A DNA stretch of 49,807 bases, counting the filler, from Bipalium vagum (Eukaryota): the NCBI GenBank assembly GCA_037834085.1. It is 3 parts of 3 records of this genome, joined end to end, with 100 filler letters (N's around TTAATTAATTAA, not from the genome) between each part and the next. Parts side by side here need not be neighbours in the genome. Positions count along the whole stretch, not along the records: positions 33,670 to 49,807 come from JBBMKC010125401.1; 2 more parts are not named here. One strand, 5' to 3'. Positions 38,071 to 49,807 of the stretch are shown piece by piece. Both the position numbers and the translations under genes were made by a program. Position 1 is the stretch's first letter. Each line of letters opens with the position of its first letter. The notes beneath the pieces are model-generated. The model was given only the letters and a program-made list of their open reading frames with translations. It ran no database searches and was not told where the DNA came from.

Positions 38071-39529
38071 ATTTAAAACTTTCACTTAAAACCCTACTTC
38101 ACTTACTATCAATAATCAATGGAATCGCAACGGTAAACCTCGTCAACGGGGTTTTCATTATAATTATTTATCCTCATTTTCCTGAAGGAAAATTCATTTA
38201 ATTTTTATAACACGTAAATATTTTTTTCCACCTTTCCCTAATTAAAATATTTTTCTTTTATTAATATTTATTTTAACTCATTTTTCTGTGAAGAAGAAAA
38301 AACATGATACACTGTACAATATTTATTATAATTTTCTATGTAAATAATCCCGTAATCCTTATCACACGGAATTTTTAATTATTATTAACTTTGTCCGACT
38401 TTCCCGAGGCAGAATATTATTTTCTCAGCTCTGGTGTTTTTTTTCCCAATTGTTTTCTCATCTCTCGCTTTTTAACGGAGAGCTGAATTATTTTATTTTT
38501 ATTTCTTAATTAATAATAAAATATCATTACCCATTCACCATAACAACCAAATATTATGAGAATAATTATAAATAAACGATGCTCAAATTTAATAAATTAT
38601 ATTTTTTTTGATAAATGTACATCAGTAGTAAAGGGAAGTGGTTTGTGTCGATTTTCTTTTGCTAATTGTAATTCTTTTTCCATATGAAATTCAGTTCAAT
38701 ATTGAATTCATTTGTGCAAAAGCTTTCATTTTCCCATTTGTTTCATCACAGAGCAATGTGGTGAAGACTGGTAACCGAAACAGCACTGGGGAATAGAGAC
38801 TCATACAGCGAAGAGATCAGAAATCTGAAGCTCATTACATGCATGGATGACATTGGTAATTTTATTGAATCTTATCGTACTGCTTTGATCTGCTATCTGA
38901 AAATGTTATCCGTTAGTTTAATCGGGGTTTCCTATGTGAATTTTCAATTAATCTCCTTGCGGTTTTAATGAATTTTGCACCAATAATAATTGTTTGAAAA
39001 GCAAATATAGAAAACAATTATTTAAAATCATAAAATTATAAAAAAAAAAAGAAATGGATTACCAATTTTGTACATATGGTTTCTGCTCTTCGATTTCCAT
39101 CTGAGATAAAGAGAAAAATATCAAATTATCTTTTTTCCAATTATCTTTTCTAATTATTTTAATTTGAATAATTATGCTAGTAAATAAATGTATAGTCTCT
39201 CTCTCTCTGATAAATTGAACAGGTTATAATGATGAAATAAAAAGGAAAATTAATGATTAATGAAAAATCACGACGACCCGAAGATCCTGGGGGCTTCTTC
39301 TTTCTTTTTTTTAAAAAATTGAAATATAATCCTATAATGGATAGTTTTTAATAAAGTGAATTCAACAGGATCCTTAAGGAAATTACCATTTGTAATCACC
39401 CTTGTATTAGTTTTCATCGGAATATATCCAATTTGTTCTACGTTTTCATCGTTTAGAGACTATTATTATCTATTGTTATCAGTTTTTATGTCGAAGAAAA
39501 TAAAATAAAAGGTTTTTAACGTTATCTTT

Positions 39530-40050
39530 ACTTTGGATCAAACTGGTAAATCCAACTTGTATCTCCTGTGACACAAGGGTCAAACATTATTTTCGTCTGC
39601 TTCAAATTTTTGTAAATTTCTGGAGAAAGCATAATCATCTGACTTAGTTAGTCTTCACCAAACGCTGTTAGAACCCACCGAACAGTTAGCATTCCCAAAC
39701 TCAAGTTTAAAAGTGAACAATATGATATTTGAATTTCTATAGCGACTACTGACACAAGTCGATTTTTCTAAACTAGAATTTACACAATCTTGGCGTTTCC
39801 TGGACTTCATACAATGATAGGTCTTCCTTTATGTGGGTCATTTTCCAGTCATTTTCTGCTTTCATTAAAACATCCTACCATAAATTATTGCTCTACTTGC
39901 TGACAAGATCCCATAAACCTTTTACACTGCATCAATAATCATAGTACACGTTCAATCAAGTCTAGTTAACAATTTAATGTTACTTCTAATTTCGAATTTT
40001 TTTTATTTTAAATTGTTGTCAAGACAACCAGATAAAAAAATATGATTATT
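39530..40050 (-). mobile_element. Degenerate mariner fragment
   Basis: VTGDTSWIYQFDP (first catalytic Asp motif) at ~39535-39575. Confidence 0.65.
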
Positions 40051-41879
40051 TCATTTAAACAAAACCTTGAAAATGTCGTTTTTGTAATTAAAGTATAATT
40101 ATGCTTTTAACATGATCCTTTACTTTGGTCAAAAAATCTGATCAGACTTGAATATCGTTTTAATTTTTATGTAAAATTATATAACAATAAAAACTATAAC
40201 AAAAAATATTTATTTTATATAATAAGGAAATAATCATAATAAATATTATAAATAATAAAATAATAATTATAACTATATATATTTATTTAATTTATTGTAA
40301 AAATAAAAATAATATTAAAAGAAAAAATAAAAGATATTAATAAAACTGAAATTCTACAGCGTAAAATATTGACAATTTTATTCTAATTTTATTTATTAAT
40401 ATTAACGCTGGTGTCACCAAATGTTAATTTTCATTGATGACATTATTTTAATAAACAAACAAAAAACAATGAAATTTGGTGAAATGAAATCATAAATAAT
40501 CAAAATTAATGGATTTAAAATCGAATTTATATTTAATTAATTATATTGATTGTGACACTGTGAAAATGAAATTAATATTTAAAATTAAAATTTAATTTAT
40601 CAAAACGAATAAATATATTACAAAAAAATAAATAATAAATAATTTCTTAAATCAGATTTTTTCCAAAGAAAAATACTGTGAGTCCTTAAAAATGTGATTT
40701 ACATAATGATAATATATATTTAGTCTGGAGCGTCATTTAGGACGGGGGTCTAAATTACAATGAGTAGCAGTCGTTGCGAGCCAATTGAGTGTCAATGGAA
40801 AATGTTAATCTTCTTTGGAATAACTATCTTGCTGTCTCGAATCTCTTTTATTTATACTCTTGGAGCCTCGACTCTCCTTAATTTTAAATCTAATTTGTTT
40901 AATTTAATTAAAAACGAAGGGTCAGTTGATTGAACTAAAAGGGAAAATGTGTTTGATGAATTAGAATAGTTTTGGCGAAAATTATGACTTCATCAAAATG
41001 AATTGGGAAAATCGTTTCAGTTTGTTTTTTCTTCGGTCAATTATGTAGGAATAATATTGCGAATTCTTATCAGCTCAGATGGATACAATTTTAACGTATT
41101 TATGTTACTCCGTAGGGAAATCACAAGTTTTATATTATTGGAAAGTATAATAATTTTAGTACAATTTCGTCACCTGGTTTAATGTTTGGGCTAAATGGAA
41201 AAATGCTGTTTGTGTCAGATGATTTTTTCCTTTCTTAAAATAATTAAATAATTTTAAAAAATCTTTTTGTGAATACCTCCGTTTACAGGACATATGTCTT
41301 ACAGTTTCTCTGAGGCCTTCATATTTTATCTTTCAATAATATTCTATTTAAGTACTTTTTAAACTTTATAAAATATCAATAATAATTCTTAATCTCACAT
41401 TTTTGGATAATGTGCACGTAGACAATCCAATTCTGTTTTTGGCAGTTCGTTCCAGAATTCTCTGTTTTGATGGGTCCGATTCATGAGGTCTAACACTTCT
41501 CTTCTTTCTATCCAATGGATATTATTTTCGCAATCATGAATTGCGCGATATTGATTGCTGTTGAAATATTTTTGTTCTTATAATCTCGACAATTTGGCGT
41601 TTTAGCATGCTTCCAACCTATTGATATATACCTTTTCTTAATTCTAATTTTGAATTCATGACCGACTTGGAAACACATCTATTAATAAAATATAGACAGT
41701 ATTAGTCTATTTAAACCAATACTGAGATATTGAAACATGTCCAAAAATGCACATTTTCCTCAAAATTTTTTGATAGAACCGTTATTTTTAGGTTTTAATG
41801 TATTCTAAATAACATTTGACAAAGTTGTACGAGTTCAATAGGATCGCTGAAAATCATACAAAGCAAAAGAAGAAATACA

Positions 41880-42300
41880 ATAAAATTTATTCTTCGATAT
41901 ATGAACCATCAAATTCATAACACTGTTCCGTAGGGTGTCTCTAGAATTTTAAACCAATTCTATAACATTTTTGATCCTTTGATTTGAAACATGTCGAAAC
42001 AGCTCTTTTGACATCAAACATTGTCTTACAGTGAATGTTCTTAATATTAATATATAAATTGGGAAACAAAATGAGTCTACTAGGATTACACATTCACAAT
42101 CCCAAAAAATAATGGGCATAACCTTCTTCATTGACCGTTCAGCTTTGAACTTGACTGAACCCATTGATCATTTTGGTAATCATTGCTTAGGCTGAATGTT
42201 ATTGAATAATGGTAATTCGATATCTCATAACCAGTTACTAGTCTGCTATAAAAATCCCCGGGATGGTCATAAAATATGTTGTCAAGCTGGATCTTGCTGT
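41880..42300 (-). mobile_element. Degenerate mariner fragment
   Basis: VKFKAERSMKKVMPIIFWDCECVILVD; LVTGYE; terminal DGSYIE. Confidence 0.75.
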
Positions 42301-45299
42301 ATTAAATTAAAAAAGACATGCAAAATAGCAATTCAGAGCTTCACAGTCTTTTTGTAAGATTGTGAAGGTTACGGGAAAATGGAATTTGAAGAAGTAAAAC
42401 CAATTAACCAAAGTTATTCTGATATTTTTGGCCAGAAAAAGCCAGAAATGAGTTTCTCTTTAATAATTGAAATTTTGATGTAAGACGTTCTTAACAGAAT
42501 ATTAACGTTATCTAAACCGTAATCTAGAAAAGTCATAATACGTTTTTGATAAAACAAATGAAGAACAAGCTTTAATAGATTCACTTCCAGGATAGGCAAT
42601 TTGAGTATAAAAGCATTGAAAGAACTTTACATTATAAAGAACTTGTCGACTTTTCTTTGGTGAAAATTGTCGACTATTTAGCACTATTGTCAAGCATTGA
42701 ATTCTTGAATGAAAACAGGTTTCTGTTTAAGCTAAGCATTTTACGATGACAGTTTTAATAATATAACGTAAGTAAAAAGATTAATTTCATAGGCCACCTT
42801 AACAGATTAAAAGAACTATTGTTGTCAATATATACACAGCAAAGACGTCGTGTATATATTAGTATGAAGAAAAACTGTACATGAACCAATAGAAAACTCA
42901 TTTACAATTGCAAAGGTTATAACGATATCAAGTATCTTTATAAAACAAAGGTTTTTGTATTTAGAATAAAATACCAATTTCTCTTGAGAATAATAAGTTA
43001 ATATCATCCAAAGTCAACGAGAGTATCGATTTATCACTAAAGTTAATCTATGAATTTGTTTTAATTATAACTTTTCTTGAGGAGGTTTTAAGTGAGGGAT
43101 GAGACCGGAGGTTTGCAGTACATTGATGTCGCGCTTTGACAAAAGGTGACCAACCTCAACTAATAAATAAACATTTGCACGGAACTTTGTTGACGAAAAA
43201 TGGATAGTCTACTAAGACATAAAACAATACTTAGCACATACACAAGAGCAGGAAATATGTTTTGTAATATTTATTTATCAAAGCTCACACGTTTAAGGAC
43301 TGACTTAATAATGATTTTTATTACGTAAATCGACAAAGAAAATATAATAAAAACGAAGAGGAAGATTTTTTTCCACAGTATTTTATAAATGGATTTTTAA
43401 TTGAATTTCTCAACTGAGTACAAGATTTTATGAGTAGTAAATATTGGATCACAGTTCCTTATAATACTATTTCATTGCAAAATTGCAACAGTTGTTTTAA
43501 TCGATTGAATAAAATCAATGAACGAAATCCACATAGCCTCACAATTATGTGAAGAAAGGAGTCGATAATGGAAATGATAATATCTAAAACGGTACGGAGA
43601 TAAATTAAATTTTCTACTTTCGAATGTTCAATTCGTTTGTGTCTTAGTATAAACAGATAATCAAAAGACGTTCAATGATAATAAGAATTCGATAAAAAGC
43701 TTTTAATTATAAAATGATGCATCAGTTATAATGAAATAATTTCAAAGGAGATTGAAGAAAATTATATTTTCCAATCTTTATTTTCATTTGAGAGAAAAAT
43801 TGAAAATATAAAAGTTTCTCCATATATTATTTATTAATATTTCTCTTTTGCAGAGCAAAGTTCGAAAAATACTCCTTATCATTAATATTAAATATTAATT
43901 AATTAATTGAAAATAAATTAAAAGCCTGAAACGAAAATTAAAACGTAAATACACAATGGAAAATTAAAAAAAAGAAATTTATTATGATTATTTAATTTTA
44001 AATAATTAAGCAAAATCTCCATTGGCCAAATTTTTTCATATCAATAATATATATAATTATTATTAAAAATAAGGAGGTGCGTTATTATTGATAATAATAG
44101 AAACCATGAAATTTCTGATGAAAAATATTTATTTATTAAACTTTATTAATATTTAAAACTTTTCTGAATTTTTGGAAACCTGTAAACATGGTCACCTTAT
44201 TTTTATTGGTATCAGTGAGCCAATTCTAATAGTATTTTCTGTAATTTCTTGAATTTATATAATCGAACTTGACAATCTGAGTTATTTGCAACATCTCATG
44301 ACACACTACATCTTTCTTATCCAATCAAATTCAGAAACGTGTTTCTGTAGGAATATTGTGTGTTGCAGTCGATGCTGCTGATTGGTCAATCATTTAGGAA
44401 TTTCACAAAATTCTTTTTTAATGATTTTTTTTCAAAATTTTATTAACTTTCATCAATTAAATCAAATGTCTTCCTTAGCATTTGTTTATTAAAAAAATAA
44501 ATAATAGTGAAATGGAATTACATTAATTTACATTAATAAATTAAATAAAATTTTATTATGGCAAAATTTCTTGATTAAAAATTAATTTTTTCATTTATTT
44601 TTGTTATTTTCATAAAAAAAATTTTTTTTAATTATTATAAATAAAATTTCAAGTTAATTAAAATTTTCGTGATTTAATCATTTAATAAATTAATAAACAA
44701 GTCTCATTAATATATTTCTCGAAAGTAACCATGCAAAAAATAATTTTAAATATGAGTTAATTTTTTTAAAAAAAATGATATTTAAAATATTCTTATTGTT
44801 GTAATGTTTAGAATGTTCTTTTATTGATTAATAATGACATTAAAAATAAAATAAAATTTGAATTAATGTTTATGCAAATAAAATCTTTTTACCCACTTTC
44901 TTATGTAATAAATATAATATGATAGTATTATATTTATTTAAATAATATTTAAATAATGTATTATTAATATAATAATAGTTATACATGCTCATTTTAAATT
45001 CTAAAATCATTTAAAAGCGAAAATTATAAAATTAGTCTTGGAGAATAAGAATATCGAAGTGTGAAGGGAATGAATCACAATCACGATTAAATGCAGAATT
45101 GCTTGCTGTTTACCAAAAAGACTTCCATTCCCACTCACAATATATCATGAGTATAACAAATTTCTAAAAGCCAGGATATCTGTTTTCGATGAACACAAAT
45201 GAAAAAGGCATTCTGAATTCAATGAGAAAATAACTGTTTAGCTAATACAAATTAGTCTTACTCAGTAAAAATAATATTAGAAACGCATTCGCTTTCTAT

Positions 45300-46140
45300 T
45301 GATTAAAGTAGGATATTTTCTTTCAAAATTTCATTGACTCTATCAAGATGGTTACAGTACAGCTCATCACTTATAGTACGACCATGTGATATAAACTCAA
45401 AATGAATTACACCTTCATAATTCCACCAAATACTGATTATTACTTTTTTTCTCAAATCGATTCTTTTGGACAGTTGCTGCAGGAAGTTGGTCATGTAACA
45501 CTCAATATTTATTTCTCAATTGATTAATAAAATAATTCCATTTTCCTCTGTAATAACTAGCGATACCAAAAGCTGTAGGTTTTGTTAGTGATCTGTACAG
45601 ATTTCCAAACACCTTTGAGCCTGACTTTCCGATAACTCATGTGAATCTAATCTAGGAGCTTATAGTCGTAAACAAGGTTTCCCAGATGTCGATCAATGGT
45701 GTCTTTCGATGTTTCAATCATCATAGGTAAATCGCATGTGGAAACATGTGGGTGATCAATTAATGCTTCGTGTAGAACCCTTTAATTAATCTCAGGTTTT
45801 CTTTTATCGAGACTACTATCTTCTTTTTGAAAATTTTTTAACCAATTTGAAATTGTGCTCTAGACAACCACACCTTGCTCTTCAATATCACCACTTCTTG
45901 AGGTTTTAGCAATGGTAAATCGATTTTTCCAATAATGACAGATCAAACATCGAATTGCAGTTTTTTCTATACTCATTTACTAAAATTATAAATTTAAATA
46001 AACGCACTGTTATGTTTATTCAAACAAAACTTACAAGTATAGTTTGACAGTAAAATATCAAAGACTTCAAATTTTTAGAATTGTTATTTATTGTGATAAA
46101 AGAAAATTAAACTATCAAAATCACGGTAACGTTTGATATA
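45300..46140 (-). mobile_element. Mariner, 3'-truncated; same family as 37337-38070
   Basis: STISNWLKNFQK.DSSLD; KKVIISIWWNYEGVIHFEF..TISDELYCNHLDRV; terminus TATATCAAACGTTACC. Confidence 0.85.
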
Positions 46141-48433
46141 TAATTTTTATAATTATTAAAGTTGTAAAAGGAAAATAATGATTAAATTGTTTAAATTAAG
46201 AAAATAAAAATAAAGCCAAAGTTGTTGAAATAGAATATTCATAAAGATCTTATGATATACTTTGGCTCATAGTTTCAGTTTGGTTTCTGTGAAAATGATA
46301 ACCACGAGGATTCTCAGATTATAATAGTTCAATTGAAAGCTTCGCAACTATAATATTTTTTTGAAGAAATATTATAAAAGTCCTTAAACATTTTATTATA
46401 AGAAATAATTCAGATTGAAGTGAGAAATAACTCTTAGCTTTGACGCTAATCATCAACTAGCAGAGTCGTGTTTGAGTTGCAATACTTTTTCAAGCAAACC
46501 AGCTGAAGGACAAGCCGAAATTAAACGAGGTATCATTGAGTATGATTTATTCTTTTGTTTAAATTCTCTTTTGAATTCGATTTAATAAATTTTAGAGAAG
46601 TACAAAAATACGGAGCTTGAGAAAACAGTATGGAATACAATGAGATATTATATCACTACAGAATGATAGAGGTACCTAATATAAAGGACCTTATATGGAG
46701 AATTACAAATTTGATTAATTAAGCAAGTCTTAAAAAGTATTGTTCAAAAGACTATTTCTAAATAATGTTCTATATTTCATATTTCTCAGAAGAGATCTTA
46801 TTACAGAATTCTAAAATGATTAAAAAAAGAGTTCCAGTCTGATTTGATAGTTTTAATTATAAGCAACACCTCTTGGTAACAAGAGTAAAATGGTGTTCAT
46901 GACTCGAAACATCTAGTTATGTACCTTTACTAAGAAATCTTAATAATTATAAGGTTAATGGAAAAGTCTGTCGCTTTCTGTATAAAAACTTTAAAGCAAG
47001 AATATATATTGAAATTTTGATTAATATTTTTATAATTATCGATTTAAAATATTAGGATAGATAAGTCTCTACAGAAATAAAATCTTATTTTATCATTTAA
47101 GGTTTGTTTGAATTATATAAAAGTCGGTATAAGAGACAATGACAACGGCGTAAATTCCATCATGTCACTAAAAATATGAATTTAAATTAAAGAGAAATGC
47201 ACCAGAGGCTTTACCCAATACTTGCCAAGCCTTTGGTAGAGATATATGCCCAAAATCAATTTCTTAACTTGCTATTTATATATTTTGATTTCTATGGAAA
47301 TATATGAAAATATTGAAACCAAAGTTTGTTAATTATAATAATAAATAAAATAATAAAATTAACAGTAAATGATTTTAAACATTTTAATATTTTATTTATT
47401 TCATTGATTTTCGATAAAAAGAATATATTTGATAAAACGGTATGAATTTTTTTCCCAAATTTTAATAAAAATATGAAATTTTATTTTTATATAGTATGAT
47501 AGTGAAAATATTTAAAATATAATAGTGAAACTAATAAACCGAATTTATTTAGTGCAGATTTGAGACTAATTTCGCAGACCCAAACCGGAACCTAGGCGCC
47601 ATATCGGGTGAAGATTCACGGATATTCAAACCATTAATTCTTATTCATAACCTCTACAGGGTGATATTATCGAAGATAATATAATTTATCTTTATCAATT
47701 GGATCTAAGCAAACCTCATTATAATTGTTATTACCAAAATAATAATAATTAATAATAATAATAATTATTATTATTATTGTTATTAATATTTTCAAGATAC
47801 TGGAACAGAGTAAAATAGTCATAATTAATTATTCCTTGCTACGCAGCTAATCAAAAATTCTTGGAGATTGTAGAAATAAAAAGAGATTTGGGAAACATTT
47901 ACGTTTAATATTATTGTGGAAAATAGACAATGCAATCAAACAAACAAAAACCACGCACATTAGCGAACTGCAGAGGGGAAGAATCACAGGAATCTGCCGC
48001 CAGAACACCGAGAACTAATTTGAGAATGATATGTAAGGAGAGATAATTAGCGTGAAATAATCAAAGACAATCTGCAGAGCTCTCGCTGTACGAGCGGAAA
48101 CGATAAGCTGCTTATCTGGTAATATTTGCTATCAATGGTGACAGAACTGAAAAACGATAACAAAGAGTAAGCTCAATAATATTGTGTGATAATATTCTCA
48201 ATTTATCAATCATTCTCTCCATCCAGCATTGATGTTGGGTCAGATGGAAGATGAACATCGACATTCTCCGGTAGACTAATAACGATTCCTATGGATTCGG
48301 AAAACATATTAGTGATTAGAAATTTTGTTTTTAAAATGATAAATCAATTTTATTGGGTTTGAGATACATCGCTTACGTTTTGTGATCATTTAAAATAAAT
48401 AAAGAAAAATATAATGTTAATATATTATATTAA

Positions 48434-49078
48434 GTGCAGGGTGTGTAAAAAGTAAGCATCAGATTTTAGAATGTAATATATTGTTAAATATAATCAAGAA
48501 AGCACTGTTACATTTTGATCCAATCAAATGCATTTAATAAAAATTAATATTTTTCAACAGAACATCCATCAAAACTAATACAATGTTGTACTCGACGATA
48601 AAAAGAAGTCTTAACACATTTGTGGTGATATTTTAGTTGCTTCTTCTTCGAGTGTTTTGTCAGATCTTTAAACTTCTTTGGTTTTCTTGTATAAACCTTT
48701 GTTTTTGTGATATCTCCACAAAAACCAGTGGGAAAGATTCAGTGATCTTCCAACCTGATTGTATGGCCCTGCTTTCCCAATTCACCTTCGGTAAAATGTT
48801 GAAAAATTAATGTTCTCACACAAAGTTCTCCATTGTTCTCTATTTTAACTTAATGTCGTCTTAACCTAAATGTCGTCTTATTGATTGACTTCAATATCGA
48901 CTCGTCCTTCAATTGACACCATGTGATCATATTAATTCATTAAAACAATAAAACAATCACATAAAATTTTGAAAATCCTGTTTTTTATATCAAATAAAAT
49001 CTGTTACGAATCATTTAAAAATAAATGTTTTGTGTCCTCCTAAAACCCAAAACGTCCTCCTTATTAAACACACTGCAC
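48434..49078 (-). mobile_element. Deleted Tc1/mariner element (rosa/DD41D- or DD37D-like C-terminus)
   Basis: Imperfect ends GTGCAGGGTGTGTAAAAAG / CTTATTAAACACACTGCAC. Translation FLWRY..KVYTRKPKKFKDL..SFYRRVQHCISFDG. Confidence 0.65.
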
Positions 49079-49807
49079 AATATTATTATTGAGCCATTAT
49101 ATAACCGGAGAAATGGACAAAATGAATCGAATTCTTAAATACAAACCTGAGCTGATGAGTGCACATAATTGAGCTAATTAAGTGAGTGAGTCTTGATCAA
49201 AAAAAATTATTAAACTTTGAGAATAAAATATCAATGATTAAGTTTTAATCACGGTCTTTGATGAGAGAAGTGAGCGTATTCGAATAGAACAACTCAGAGA
49301 GAAAAAAGATGAGCTCGCAGAATAAAAAGAATGAGAAATGAGCAAATCCATTTCTTTTTAATCTATTTTCTTGCTCTTTTCAATTGCAAAATAAAACACG
49401 GGTCGAGTATTATACCCAGCGTCCCTATTATAAGGGTTATCTGATTCTGATAGGAAAATTAGATTTTTTATTTCCATATTTAATCTCGTAATTTTTTCAT
49501 CCCAAACCCACCCGAATGGAATCCTAGCTGCAATGCGCTCGTCTTAAAATCTTCCTTGAAGATATGGTATTTATGAATATCTACGTGAAAACTGTTTGCG
49601 AAATGTAATATCTCTGAGCAAGGAATTAGATTTTAATCACTGATATTCATTTTAAAATTTTAATGAATATTTTATTTAATTTTTACATTTTCCGTTTCTT
49701 AATTTACTCATTTTAAATAATTACCTACGTGATTTTACCTTCATCTGCAACATTTTGTATCATTACGAATTATTATTATTTTTATTTAATTTCTTTATTT
49801 TTATTTT

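Noticed and set aside
36595-39105. Exon-like minus-strand segments (36.6-36.7, 38.7-38.9 and 39.06-39.10 kb) as ALP 5' exons or another gene
   Set aside because: No ALP motifs and no consistent stop-free splice path found.
49095-49440. piggyBac-like MITE (right end ...AAGGGTTAT, CGGGT..ACCC hairpin)
   Set aside because: No convincing left end or TTAA duplication.
1-49807. Prokaryotic systems (CRISPR array, operons) and rRNA/tRNA genes
   Set aside because: No regularly spaced repeat-spacer array or recognisable structural RNA seen; the sequence is intron-containing eukaryotic DNA.

Overview
Very AT-rich eukaryotic (animal-type) genomic DNA, not prokaryotic. The window has three segments (1-15820, 15921-33569, 33670-49807) joined by identical 100-nt spacers (44N-TTAATTAATTAA-44N), so adjacency across the gaps is unproven. 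Host genes read by manual splicing are: (i) a 9-exon TADA2B/Ada2b-like gene (+, 2440-12175) with intact ZZ and SANT domains, no C-terminal SWIRM, and a 7.6-kb transposon-filled intron; (ii) five 3' exons of a GPI-anchored alkaline phosphatase (-, 23121-27307) with an unusual Gly/Lys pair at the two variable active-site positions; (iii) several unidentified multi-exon ORFs built on 26-47-nt GT-AG introns. The rest is mostly decayed transposons: an intron-containing Merlin (IS1595-like) transposase, Ty3/Gypsy remnants, Tc1, many mariner copies (two with both TIRs), an R2/R4-like non-LTR fragment facing a (TAA)n tract, and MITEs. Two different Polinton/Maverick-type protein-primed PolB remnants lie in tandem (17.7-22.7 kb) around a GC-richer spliced orphan ORF. 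All calls come from reading and translating by eye; no searches were run.
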